Origin: a virus
Lineage: Duplodnaviria; Caudoviricetes
Direction: 5' to 3' (one strand)
IMG/VR virus record: IMGVR_UViG_3300032287_001413
Location: 1-38,881 of that record
Length of the DNA: 38,881 nt
In this document: piece by piece, positions 19,511-28,821 of the stretch
Numbering within the stretch: the stretch's first letter is position 1
Layout of the letters: each line of letters opens with the position of its first letter
Translations under genes and position numbers: made by a program
Notes under the pieces: generated by a model
Database searches by the model: none
The model's input: the letters and a program-made list of their open reading frames with translations, nothing else
What the model was told of the DNA's origin: nothing

Positions 19511-20272
19511 CTAATCGGATTTTTCCGACTCGTCTTTCTTTTTCTTTTGGCGCTTAGGTGGCATCAAAGTATCTTCGTGAACTGATTCTGAGGTTGGGCC
19601 GTCAACGGGCATTGCTTCTTTATTGACTGGCAAATCAACTTCCAGTCTTTGAGCGCGACCACCAACTGAGTAACCGCGAAGTTTGCCAGCCTTGACCATT
19701 TCCCAAGCCCATGGTTCCCAGATAACTCCAAGAAAAACCGTATCTTGCGGGAATGTAATTTCTGCCGAAGTTCCATCTGCTTTTTGCATTGGAACCGCAA
19801 CTTCATACGGCCACGCCATGACTTCAACCCATTCACCAGCAACAACTTCCTTGTCGTGCTGTAGGCGAATTCGGCGGTCTCCACTACGAACATAATCCCA
19901 AACGGATTTCTGCAACTCAAGAGAATCCGTCCATTCGTTATGGGCGTCAATTCGGTCTGGAACGTACATTGGACCTAGTGTGTAACGGCGCTCTTCAGCC
20001 GATTTGGACACATAAGAAACTTGTTCCTCAGCGTCTAACTCAGCATTTAAACGGTCTACATAACCATCACTTAAAAAATCTAGGCTGTAATCGGCGTCAG
20101 CCCATTCGGAAGGAACTTCAAGCATCATGCCGTCAGCCTTGTACTTTTGAGCACTTCTAGACATTGATTCCCAAGCCACACGGCTTTGCTCATCAGTAAT
20201 AAGTTTTGTTTCGGACTGCGTGACGCCAGCGTTAATTTCAACAATCATTTTGTAAGCAATTGACATTTCCAT
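19511..20272 (-). CDS. XkdF-like prohead serine protease
   Basis: EERRYTLGPMYVPDRIDAHNEW...LQH...WEMVKAGKLRGYSVGG matches the XkdF protease pattern. Confidence 0.85.
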   Translation of the reverse strand: MEMSIAYKMIVEINAGVTQSETKLITDEQSRVAWESMSRSAQKYKADGMMLEVPSEWADADYSLDFLSDGYVDRLNAELDAEEQVSYVSKSAEERRYTLGPMYVPDRIDAHNEWTDSLELQKSVWDYVRSGDRRIRLQHDKEVVAGEWVEVMAWPYEVAVPMQKADGTSAEITFPQDTVFLGVIWEPWAWEMVKAGKLRGYSVGGRAQRLEVDLPVNKEAMPVDGPTSESVHEDTLMPPKRQKKKKDESEKSD

Positions 20273-21858
20273 TAAATTTTGCCTACCTTAAACTCGTCCC
20301 ACATTGCATCTAATTCATCTGGAGTAAATTTTGTAAAAGCCTTATCAATGAATTCTCTATAGGCAGTACGGTCAATTACTTGAACAGCAACTCCACGATG
20401 ACCTACTGCAATAATAGGCGGGATTGAGCCTTTAGCGCCATTTGTATCAAATAGAACCCAATTATCAAATTTTGGTGCCATGTAAGGAATAATGTCCGAA
20501 ACAGATTTATGCGCTTCTAAGAAAGCCCATGCTGGTACTAATCCTCGTGTTTCACTTTCTACTGCTCGATTCATGTTACGTTGCCAAGCATTTTCAATTG
20601 AAGCATGAACATAAGCACCATTTACTGTGTACCCAGCGTCACGGGCTTGGTCAATTTTAGATTGAAGTTTTATCGCTTTTGAATTTCCAGTGCCATCTAG
20701 CAATACATCAAGACCTCTACTAAAGGCTTGGCGTTGAATAATCTTTGCAATTGCTGAAGATTCTTCGTGAGTATATCCAGCGGCGTCTTCTTTAAGACCA
20801 ATAGAAACCATGTATTTAAACTCAGGAAGCATTGACTTAATTTCATCTGGGTCAACCATGACAAAATTATCTGCTGGGATTTTTACGCCGTATTGGTCAG
20901 CCTGATTCATGGCAATAGGGTTTTTTTGAACCGTTCCCTTACCAGAACCGCCACCGCCACCCATTAACGTAAATGTTGGATTACCCGTTGGAGTAATACC
21001 TTTAAGGTGCTCTTTAACAATTTTGTCATAGAGTTTTTCGCGTTCGGCAGTAAGTTTGTAACCGCCCTTGCCATCTGGAACAAGGTGTTCCCACATTGAA
21101 TCTCGACCCTTTTTAATGGCGTCACCATTAAAAGAAATGCTCTCTGGTTTATCCATCTGAGAAGTACCAGCCCAGTTACCATGAGATTCTTGGTCATGCT
21201 TACCTGCTTGGTGCTTACGAACCGAAGGGTCAAGCAAATCTTCTGGAATAATCCAAAACTTGCATAATCCCATATGGTCAATTAGTCCAGTGACTATCTC
21301 GCAACCTTGACCGCCTTCATAAAAAACGCAATTAGCGCAAATCATTCCTTCTTTGGCAAATGGGCTTTTTTCCATGTAGTGAGCGCCGTTAGCACCAGTG
21401 CCTTGGTCAAAAGAGCCAACTCGGTCAACAACGGCTTCAAGGGTTTCGTAAAGCAATTTCTGGGTTTCGTTGAGACGCATTTCTACTTCGTGAGACTTTT
21501 CAAAAGCGTCAAACTTTAAGGTGTATCCGTCAACGGTAAGCAACGTAGTTTTTTTAACGAACTCAGGATTGCCTAGGGATTCAATTACTTGGTGAGCAAT
21601 GTCCAGTGGCATTTGGGCAATAGCCTTGGCAACTGGGATTTGTGCCTCTATTTCTAACTCAATAACTGCCCGATTCCACTTGTCGTCTTCGTGACCGTGC
21701 TCAAGACCGCGTGCGAGAATTTCAGTAGTTACAGAGTGGTGGGCTTCAAGAACTGCTGGGTTTGCCACGTCAGTATGCAATGATTTATGCAGTGTTTCCA
21801 ACTCAGCATCATTAAGATGCGAGAAACCTACAGACATTAGAACTCCTAGTGGTGGCAA
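20272..21858 (-). CDS. Multidomain tagged protein: N-terminal domain, 4-Cys HiPIP-like domain, His tag, zeta-toxin-like P-loop kinase
   Basis: CANC...C...CKFW cluster; tag KHQAGKHDQESHGNW (21172-21216); then MGGGGGSGKGT, VDPDEIK, HEESS, LLDGT and R...RGLVP zeta-family motifs. Confidence 0.82.
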   Translation of the reverse strand: MPPLGVLMSVGFSHLNDAELETLHKSLHTDVANPAVLEAHHSVTTEILARGLEHGHEDDKWNRAVIELEIEAQIPVAKAIAQMPLDIAHQVIESLGNPEFVKKTTLLTVDGYTLKFDAFEKSHEVEMRLNETQKLLYETLEAVVDRVGSFDQGTGANGAHYMEKSPFAKEGMICANCVFYEGGQGCEIVTGLIDHMGLCKFWIIPEDLLDPSVRKHQAGKHDQESHGNWAGTSQMDKPESISFNGDAIKKGRDSMWEHLVPDGKGGYKLTAEREKLYDKIVKEHLKGITPTGNPTFTLMGGGGGSGKGTVQKNPIAMNQADQYGVKIPADNFVMVDPDEIKSMLPEFKYMVSIGLKEDAAGYTHEESSAIAKIIQRQAFSRGLDVLLDGTGNSKAIKLQSKIDQARDAGYTVNGAYVHASIENAWQRNMNRAVESETRGLVPAWAFLEAHKSVSDIIPYMAPKFDNWVLFDTNGAKGSIPPIIAVGHRGVAVQVIDRTAYREFIDKAFTKFTPDELDAMWDEFKVGKI

Positions 21859-21903
21859 ACCTTATGCCACTTTAATGCACACTAGGTACTATGACCCTAT
21901 TTC

Positions 21904-23658
21904 TTAGTCGTGTTTCTTTATTGGCGGTTTAACAAATACAGTTAGTTTTTCTTCGCCTGAAGACCGCTCCAGATTTGCAGTGCGTATTCGTCTATCTCGG
22001 CGTCTGTCATCTCGGAGATGTTCTTCAACTCCACCATCTTGACTTCTTTTTTCGACAATTCCAGTTCCTCCTGTATCTATCTCACTTAGGTTAGCAACGT
22101 CCCAGATTGCTTTCTGGTTACGTTCCCGACCTATCCTTGTTGCTTTGCTTTTGCTCTGAATGTTTTCAGATACGTCAAGATATACCTTACCCTCATTTAA
22201 CCATGTCCCAAGATAGTTTTTTCCGTTACCTAGGTCGTTCTTGTGTCTTTTCATGTAAGCAGAAAGGATTTTTGGACCTTTAACTGGGTCATTAAAGTCA
22301 ACTTCGTCAACAATTTTGCCGAAACTTGGTGGTTTTGCCACCATGTAACCAGTTGTAGGCATAGAACCGTCAACCATGTTGATTGATAATCCGCCCCATT
22401 CTTGAGTAAATCTAACAATGTCGGAAGCCACACTTGGGCTTAATCCAGTGCCCCGAACTCCATGAGATTTCTGGTCATGCTGACCTGCAAGGTGCTTTGT
22501 AACAATTTCTTTTTTGCCAATTATTTTTACTGGTTTATTAATTCTAAAACTGCCAACATCAGCAAAACCATAATCAACTTCTGGGTCTATTTCTAAATAA
22601 TCATCATCAATACTCTCAACTTCATAAACATAATTTTTTCCCTCATTAAAATCTTGTGCGTAACCAGATGCCTGACTTTCACTTGAAGTTAAATAAACAT
22701 AGTCGGCATTATTGAACTCTTGAGGGTCAATGTCTGGGTGCGAGCGGGGACTTTTTCCTGTTTGTGAGGGTGGGCGAAGATAATCTCCAATTTGTAAATC
22801 TACGTTAGAACCATGAAAATACCTTGCTCCGTGGCTTAATTGGTCATGTTGACCAGCCTGATGTTTTTTCATTTCGGTTGTGAGGATTCCCTTGATAACC
22901 GCTAATTCGAACTCAACCCAAGCCTTTTTAAGTGGCTTGTTGCTTTCCCCAAGACCAATTGATTCAATTCCGCTTGCTTTGTTCCATGCTAGAACCACGT
23001 CAATAAGTTCCATGTGTGTCATGTCAACGCGCAAGACAGGAATGGACTCACCTTTATCTTTGAAAGAAAGAAAGGCTGACGCCGCCCAACGGTGATGCCC
23101 GTCAATTACATAATTGTCAGACGAAATAACAATGCGAGCACCGTCACCTTTTCCATGACCGTTTTCTTTTATGTCCCGTGCAATTTTTCCAGACTTAGAC
23201 GCTGAAATTTCTGCTTGAATCGGGTGCAATTTTTGAGGAGAAAGGTCTTCTCTGGTAACTGCAATACCGCGATTAGTCATTTCTACAAGGAACTCATCTT
23301 TTTGGTCTTTAGGAACTTGTGGCATTTTGTCGCGCATAATTCCCAAGTTGTCGCGGGTAAATAACTGAGTGCCAACAATTTCAAGGTTAGTTAAGTCAGG
23401 ATTATCTTTACGGTCAGCCATCTGGTCTAACCAAAATTCAGCGTCAGTAGGGACTATTTTGCCAACTTCACCTTTAATAACTTTGTCTAAGGCGTCTTGA
23501 ACACCATACTTAAAATCAGATTTGTTGTTATTGCTTTTGTCGGTATCCCATGAGCCGTGAGTGGCTTGGTCGTGCTTACCCTGTTGGTGCTTGAGCAAAA
23601 TGAACTCAGTACCCTGTTGGATAGCAACAAGGCGAGCAAAACGGTTAGAACGTGACAT
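21904..23658 (-). CDS. Three-module tagged polyprotein: ParB/Srx-like, Arr-like ADP-ribosyltransferase, unknown domain
   Basis: Three tags. Module 1 LHPIQAEI...VIDGHHRWAA; module 2 YFHGS...YVYLTS...YA...YVYEVE...DPE; module 3 GYMVA...YLGTW...VYLDVS...NQKAIWD. Confidence 0.78.
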   Translation of the reverse strand: MSRSNRFARLVAIQQGTEFILLKHQQGKHDQATHGSWDTDKSNNNKSDFKYGVQDALDKVIKGEVGKIVPTDAEFWLDQMADRKDNPDLTNLEIVGTQLFTRDNLGIMRDKMPQVPKDQKDEFLVEMTNRGIAVTREDLSPQKLHPIQAEISASKSGKIARDIKENGHGKGDGARIVISSDNYVIDGHHRWAASAFLSFKDKGESIPVLRVDMTHMELIDVVLAWNKASGIESIGLGESNKPLKKAWVEFELAVIKGILTTEMKKHQAGQHDQLSHGARYFHGSNVDLQIGDYLRPPSQTGKSPRSHPDIDPQEFNNADYVYLTSSESQASGYAQDFNEGKNYVYEVESIDDDYLEIDPEVDYGFADVGSFRINKPVKIIGKKEIVTKHLAGQHDQKSHGVRGTGLSPSVASDIVRFTQEWGGLSINMVDGSMPTTGYMVAKPPSFGKIVDEVDFNDPVKGPKILSAYMKRHKNDLGNGKNYLGTWLNEGKVYLDVSENIQSKSKATRIGRERNQKAIWDVANLSEIDTGGTGIVEKRSQDGGVEEHLRDDRRRDRRIRTANLERSSGEEKLTVFVKPPIKKHD

Positions 23659-23688
23659 GAGGATAGATTACCCCATGACGATTGCTAA

Positions 23689-23865
23689 CTACTGGTCAAC
23701 TCGCTTCCAGTCTCCGACCTTGGTGAACATATCCATGAGACCAATTTCGGTGCGTCTGCCATTTGTCAAAATAAGAAAACCTTTTATGGCACCATCGTTA
23801 TCAATAGAATCAAAAACAAATTGGGTGCCGTCAGCCCTTACAGAAATTACTTGTCCTTTTATCAT
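23689..23865 (-). CDS. 58-aa untagged hypothetical protein inside the array
   Basis: Not in the ORF track. AGAAGGG RBS then MIKGQVISVRADGTQFVFDSIDNDGAIKGFLILTNGRRTEIGLMDMFTKVGDWKRVDQ*, filling the gap between two tagged genes. Confidence 0.7.
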   Translation of the reverse strand: MIKGQVISVRADGTQFVFDSIDNDGAIKGFLILTNGRRTEIGLMDMFTKVGDWKRVDQ

Positions 23866-23880
23866 TTATCTACCCTTCTA

Positions 23881-24867
23881 TTATGAATCGTAGCCGACAA
23901 ATTCAATATCTGGAAATACTTTTGAAAAAGCATCTGCATCAAAATCCATGTTTCCGTAAGGAACGTAGATTTTTTCAACATCTTTTAGGGATATTCCACC
24001 AAAAGTTTGAGTTTCAAAATAACTTTTATCTGTAAAATCTTCTGCTCCGCTCCACTGCCAAGGATAACCTCTGACTGTAACTTCAGACGCTTTCATAATG
24101 TCACTGGTGCTTGGGGTTTTATTTAATTTCATTGGAATAGTTCCAGTATTTAAAGAATCTCCAACAGTCATTGTTGACCTATCTTTTAGATAATCTTTTA
24201 ATACAAACCTAACTTCTCCGTATTGTGCAACTCCGTATGTAGTTATGCTTTCGTCAAAATCATCAATTGAAAGATACCCGTAAATTGGTCTTTCTGTATC
24301 ATTAACACTTATGGGAACTGATTGGCTTCTTGCTTCTCCGCCCCTTCTTACCGTGGGGTTATAGTGTCCGTTTGATTTTGCAATTTCAAACTGTGTTTTA
24401 AATTTTGGGTCTTCAGAGTCAATCATAATTCCAAAAGAATCAACGTCCATTGCAATGCAAATTTTTCCATTTTCCATAGCGCTTACCACTTCTGGCGCAA
24501 CGTCATCTTCAAAACTTTTGTATGTATCTTCCTTTTTTATTTCAGAATACGCATCTATTTCATCTTTTAGTCGTTCTGTCATTGCCCTGTATTGTAAATC
24601 TTTAGGTTTAATTGTGTCCCAGCCTGACAAGGTAAGAGAGTCGGGAATTGTTTCATCAACATACTCTGTAAAAAATTTGCCAACTTCGGTTTCTTTAAAA
24701 TTAATGTCATCAACATCTCGTGTGGATAATTTTTCTACAGCGTTTTGAAATCGTAAATCCAAAGTAAAATCACTTACGTCTCCATGTGCCCAACTGCCGT
24801 GAGTGCTTTGGTCATGCTGTCCAGCAAAGTGTTTGGTCAACTGTTTTTTGTTTATCATGTTGAGCAA
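23881..24867 (-). CDS. Tagged protein with DUF3626-like domain
   Basis: Tag KHFAGQHDQSTHGSW, then FKTQFE..SNG, RPIYGYL, QYGEVRFVLK, RSTMTVGDS and YFETQTFGGISLKDVEKI. Confidence 0.7.
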   Translation of the reverse strand: MLNMINKKQLTKHFAGQHDQSTHGSWAHGDVSDFTLDLRFQNAVEKLSTRDVDDINFKETEVGKFFTEYVDETIPDSLTLSGWDTIKPKDLQYRAMTERLKDEIDAYSEIKKEDTYKSFEDDVAPEVVSAMENGKICIAMDVDSFGIMIDSEDPKFKTQFEIAKSNGHYNPTVRRGGEARSQSVPISVNDTERPIYGYLSIDDFDESITTYGVAQYGEVRFVLKDYLKDRSTMTVGDSLNTGTIPMKLNKTPSTSDIMKASEVTVRGYPWQWSGAEDFTDKSYFETQTFGGISLKDVEKIYVPYGNMDFDADAFSKVFPDIEFVGYDS

Positions 24868-24898
24868 AAACGGTTAATCAGTAAAACTTGCTATTCCT

Positions 24899-25633
24899 TT
24901 AGGCATTAGGCATCGCACTTTCTACTGTAGTTAGTTCTTTCCATAGTAATTCAATTTTATCGGCGGGTATTTGCAAATAATTAGAATCAGAAGTGTCACG
25001 CTCAAAACCCATGCTTATCCAAAAAGGAACTGCTTTGTCTAATGGATACAACTGCAAGCCCATTTTATTTTTGTAGGCATAGTTAATTGCTTGCCCATAA
25101 AGCATACTTCCAGCACCGTCTACTATTCCAGTTGTACCTAGGTAGTGCATTTCAATAATGGGTTCACCGTTAGAATTGCTTTCAAATGATACTGCCATTG
25201 CTCCAGCAACATTTCCTTTATCGGTTAATAAAACAGATTTAAAAGCAAGTTCTGGATTATTATTTTCCCAATCCATTGCTCTAGAGGTCATTAAAAATCC
25301 TTCAGTGTACAAAATTTCATCAATGTCTAAATCTTCAGTTTTACTAGCAATTTCAGTAGCAATGTTTTCTACATTTTCAAATAGTTCTAGTTTTCTTTTT
25401 GAGTCTTTTATGAACTCTTGCGTTACACCTTGTTTTTTAAGACCAGCGGTTTTTTCTGAAATCTTTCCAGCAATACCAGTAGCCCAACTGCCATGCGTGC
25501 TTTGGTCGTGTTGCCCCGCTAGGTGTTTCATTAATGGGGGAACTACATAAACAGATGTTGGCTCAATTTTTGCCGAACGCTTAACGCCTAAGTCTGGATA
25601 GACAGCACCAAAAGTTACATTTTCAAGAATCAT
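24899..25633 (-). CDS. Tagged GNAT-family acetyltransferase
   Basis: Tag KHLAGQHDQSTHGSW. C-terminal IEMHYLGT...GAGSML...LQLYPLDKAVPFWISMGF fits GNAT motifs A/B. Confidence 0.75.
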   Translation of the reverse strand: MILENVTFGAVYPDLGVKRSAKIEPTSVYVVPPLMKHLAGQHDQSTHGSWATGIAGKISEKTAGLKKQGVTQEFIKDSKRKLELFENVENIATEIASKTEDLDIDEILYTEGFLMTSRAMDWENNNPELAFKSVLLTDKGNVAGAMAVSFESNSNGEPIIEMHYLGTTGIVDGAGSMLYGQAINYAYKNKMGLQLYPLDKAVPFWISMGFERDTSDSNYLQIPADKIELLWKELTTVESAMPNA

Positions 25634-26328
25634 TCAAACACGCCCTTGCCGTCTGTCCTGTAAGTAAAAACATCTAAGAGGTTAGCCTGTTTGTCCAAAC
25701 CTTCATTGCGTAAAAGGTGCTTCCAAGTTTCAAGGAATGGCAGATTATGACCACCGTTCTGAGTTGCAACTTTCCAGTTTCCTTCAAGAATGTGCGACAT
25801 TTCGTGTAGCAAAACAAATTGGCTAACTCCAGATGGTTTGTAAATCATAACTGGAATTGCTCCGCCGTAAAGTGGGTGAGTATCTGGACTCACATCTCCA
25901 CGGGTAACTCCTGCTTCAATTCCGTCAACTAAGTATTGTCCAGTGGTATCGGGGTGAAGGCTAAAAACCCTATCCCCGTATCCGTACTTAGTAAATACGC
26001 TTTCCATGTACTCGTTAATTTCTTGCTTGTCGGTAAATACTTTTCCTTGACCGATGCTTTTAAGCGCTCCTGAATCAAGTGCCAGCCCTGAACCCATTTC
26101 AATGTTTTGGTCATCTGGGGCATCTGTTGGTTGCAAGTCGCTCCAATCAGAACTGCCCTTAAAAGTTTTTGGTGTACCGCTTAGATTATTTGGTTTGAAC
26201 TGAGCACCGTTACCAGTAGCCCATGAACCGTGGGAACTCTGGTCGTGCTTGCCCGCTAGGTGCTTTTCCAAAACAAGACTTAAACCCTTGTCGGAGTCAT
26301 AACCAAATCGTTCAACTCTAGGGGTCAT
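25630..26328 (-). CDS. Tagged zincin metallopeptidase (HExxH plus downstream His)
   Basis: Tag KHLAGKHDQSSHGSW; VLLHEMSHIL...GGHNLPF. Confidence 0.75.
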   Translation of the reverse strand: MTPRVERFGYDSDKGLSLVLEKHLAGKHDQSSHGSWATGNGAQFKPNNLSGTPKTFKGSSDWSDLQPTDAPDDQNIEMGSGLALDSGALKSIGQGKVFTDKQEINEYMESVFTKYGYGDRVFSLHPDTTGQYLVDGIEAGVTRGDVSPDTHPLYGGAIPVMIYKPSGVSQFVLLHEMSHILEGNWKVATQNGGHNLPFLETWKHLLRNEGLDKQANLLDVFTYRTDGKGVFE

Positions 26329-27086
26329 TGAACTATCTCCACGTCTATAATCTTGCCACGGATTTGCGTTACTTTAAACTTGCTACTTCTTGGCAATATA
26401 AATTCGTACTCAGCCCAAGGGTCTCCTTTAATAAATGGATTTGGAAACAATCCTTTTGTTCCTTTTGGTAAGTGAAATTGCAAAATCATTCCCTGTTTTT
26501 CAACTGGAGTTTTTCCATAAACTATTTCTTTTTGACCAGCAAATGTAGCCGCAATTTTTGGATTTAAAGTAGTGGAAACAAACCCTAAATCTTGAAAAGT
26601 ATCTCCAACTTTTAATTTATTAAAAAAGAAAGAACCCATAACACCTTGGTTTGCTATACCCCGATAAGCAATTACTGGGTCTTTTAAAGGTGGGGCATCA
26701 TTTATTGCCTTATCAATTTTATCAATTTTGTCTGTCACAAAACTTTTTTCTGGAACTGATGAATCGCGTAATTGGTCATTTATGTCTGTGTGTCCACTGC
26801 CCCTATAAAAAGCAACCGCGTTTCCCCTATTTGTATTTCTGTCTTCGCCGTAACCTGCTTCTCTTTGTTGATTTTCTATGGTTGATAAGAAATCTTTAAT
26901 TTCTGTATCGTCTTCAAAATCACCCATCATCATCATGGATTCATCAGCCCAGTCAAACACATTTTCAAAAATGTCATCCGACCATGACCCGTGAGTTGAC
27001 TGGTCGTGTTGACCTGCAAGGTGCTTTTCTAGAGTATTAGTAATACCAAAATTGCATGACACAGAAGCAAGAATTATTTTTTCCAT
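26325..27086 (-). CDS. Tagged R-S-E type ADP-ribosyltransferase (VIP2/C3/Alt-like)
   Basis: Probable start ATG 27086 after AGGAGG. Tag, then IN.QLR, AYRG, GFVSTT and EYEFILPRSSKFKV catalytic motifs. Confidence 0.9.
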   Translation of the reverse strand: MEKIILASVSCNFGITNTLEKHLAGQHDQSTHGSWSDDIFENVFDWADESMMMMGDFEDDTEIKDFLSTIENQQREAGYGEDRNTNRGNAVAFYRGSGHTDINDQLRDSSVPEKSFVTDKIDKIDKAINDAPPLKDPVIAYRGIANQGVMGSFFFNKLKVGDTFQDLGFVSTTLNPKIAATFAGQKEIVYGKTPVEKQGMILQFHLPKGTKGLFPNPFIKGDPWAEYEFILPRSSKFKVTQIRGKIIDVEIVQ

Positions 27087-27934
27087 TTTTCCTCCTGAGC
27101 CATTTTTTCCATCCAAGAGTAAGAATCTTTACCATCATTAATAAACCAATCGGCATACGCTTCAGCATAGAATTCCGCTAAACTGGTTTTTCCGTACCAA
27201 CTTAAATCGTTTTGTGCGGATTCAAAAAAGGTTTTTTTCCTAGCATCTCCTTCAAATAGCGCTTCAAGGCGAGATTCTTTGTCAGTAACAGATTTACTAA
27301 AAACTCTTGCAAAATCAACAACGTGACCCCATTCGTGGGCAAGAATGTATTCTCCGACAGAAGTAACTTTTGCTTCCATGGAGCGTTTCATCCATGAAGT
27401 TCTATCTAGAAAATCAGGTTCTTTTTTTTCAAAAACTTCAGGCTTTATGTAGATGTCTGCGACAAGTTTACTGTCTTCAACGTAAGTGCCATTTTCACGG
27501 TAAGAAGTGTCTTCAACATAAGTAGTTGTTTCTCCTAATGTGCTAAAACCTGAATACAGTCTTTTATCATCGCTTAAAACAATATTTACTTCGTCCCATC
27601 CACTTAAATCGGTGGTTTTTTTTAAATCTCTAACAATAGACAGAAAATCTTTTTGTTCTTCTTCTGTCAAAAATTTTTGAAATTTAACTGAGGTTTTTAC
27701 GCCATCGTCATCTGTAAATTCATACTTTTCTTGACTGGTTTTAGCATCTTTGCCAGTTGCCCAACTACCGTGCGAACTCTGGTCATGTTGACCAGCAAGA
27801 TGTTTTTCCATCTTGGCAAAAAAGTCTTCTGCCTTTTTACCTGCAAGAAGGTGGTCGTTGTAAGCCTTGGCTTGCTCATTGGTGAAGTCTCTAACCATAA
27901 GACCGTAACGGCGTGATTGAACTGGAGTCATCAT
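27074..27934 (-). CDS. Tagged zincin metallopeptidase (HExxH plus E)
   Basis: Tag KHLAGQHDQSSHGSW; ILAHEWGHVVD...SWYGKTSLAEFYAEAYA. Confidence 0.82.
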   Translation of the reverse strand: MMTPVQSRRYGLMVRDFTNEQAKAYNDHLLAGKKAEDFFAKMEKHLAGQHDQSSHGSWATGKDAKTSQEKYEFTDDDGVKTSVKFQKFLTEEEQKDFLSIVRDLKKTTDLSGWDEVNIVLSDDKRLYSGFSTLGETTTYVEDTSYRENGTYVEDSKLVADIYIKPEVFEKKEPDFLDRTSWMKRSMEAKVTSVGEYILAHEWGHVVDFARVFSKSVTDKESRLEALFEGDARKKTFFESAQNDLSWYGKTSLAEFYAEAYADWFINDGKDSYSWMEKMAQEEKWKK

Positions 27935-27939
27935 AATTA

Positions 27940-28821
27940 TTATTTGTAATCCTGTTCTGCAACCGTAAGCATAGACCTGTCTAAAATAACCAAATATTCT
28001 GTTTTATCATCTTGAACAAAATTAACATTGTAGGCTTGAAAACCTTGCGCCGCTAAATTATTTGCCACGCTATTTTTGTGAGTACGGGGAATACTCATAC
28101 CTTCGTAATTCATAGCCTTTTTAACTTGTTCTTTTGTTGGCATCCTAACGCTTTTTGGTATGTGAATAGCCATAACTTGCCCGTTGCCAAAAGTGTTTGT
28201 ATCTTCATCTACGGTATCTGCATAAAAACGTGCGCCATCTGGATATATGGTCGCGTAGGTACCATTCCCAAATGCTCCCCAGCCAGCGTAGTATTCGCCT
28301 CTTTTAAATTGTTCTACAGCCTGTTCTGCTGTGTAGGATTTGCCATCTTTTTTAAAGTCTGCAATTCCTCTGTAAACAACAAACCCGCCTTCTGTTTCTT
28401 GCAGTTTTAATATGTCTGAAACTGTCGCAACTGTTTTAGGTTTACCCGTAAATCCTTGGCGCTCCGCAATAATCTTTAAAGAGTTATCACCGTATGAACT
28501 TCCTGTTTTTCTTTCAGTGTCTTCCATTTGCTCTATTAAGTCTTGAGTTTCTTGATTTGGAGTTCCGTCAGGATTAAAAAATACTTTGTCCAACTCAGCA
28601 GTGATGTCAACTCCAGCGCCACCGCCAGCCCAACTTCCGTGAGTGCGCTGGTCGTGCTTACCCTGTTGGTGCTTATTAAAATTAAGCGAATCAAGGAACT
28701 CATAAGGGTCTTGATTTTCAATTAAAGTAAAGTAATAAAAATCTGCTTTTTGCATCGGAGAAAGTTCCGCAACGATTTTTGCTAACTCACGAGATTGAGT
28801 TGGAGTCAATGCCATCATCAT
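27940..28821 (-). CDS. Tagged ADP-ribosyltransferase-fold protein
   Basis: Tag KHQQGKHDQRTHGSW; VYRG...G.GAFGNGTYAT...ARFYA...EYLVILDRS. Paralogous to the last module of 28818-30461. Confidence 0.68.
   Translation of the reverse strand: MMMALTPTQSRELAKIVAELSPMQKADFYYFTLIENQDPYEFLDSLNFNKHQQGKHDQRTHGSWAGGGAGVDITAELDKVFFNPDGTPNQETQDLIEQMEDTERKTGSSYGDNSLKIIAERQGFTGKPKTVATVSDILKLQETEGGFVVYRGIADFKKDGKSYTAEQAVEQFKRGEYYAGWGAFGNGTYATIYPDGARFYADTVDEDTNTFGNGQVMAIHIPKSVRMPTKEQVKKAMNYEGMSIPRTHKNSVANNLAAQGFQAYNVNFVQDDKTEYLVILDRSMLTVAEQDYK

Noticed and set aside
20272-21171. Classical epsilon-zeta toxin-antitoxin pair
   Set aside because: No separate small antitoxin gene upstream; the kinase is a tagged module of a head-region protein.
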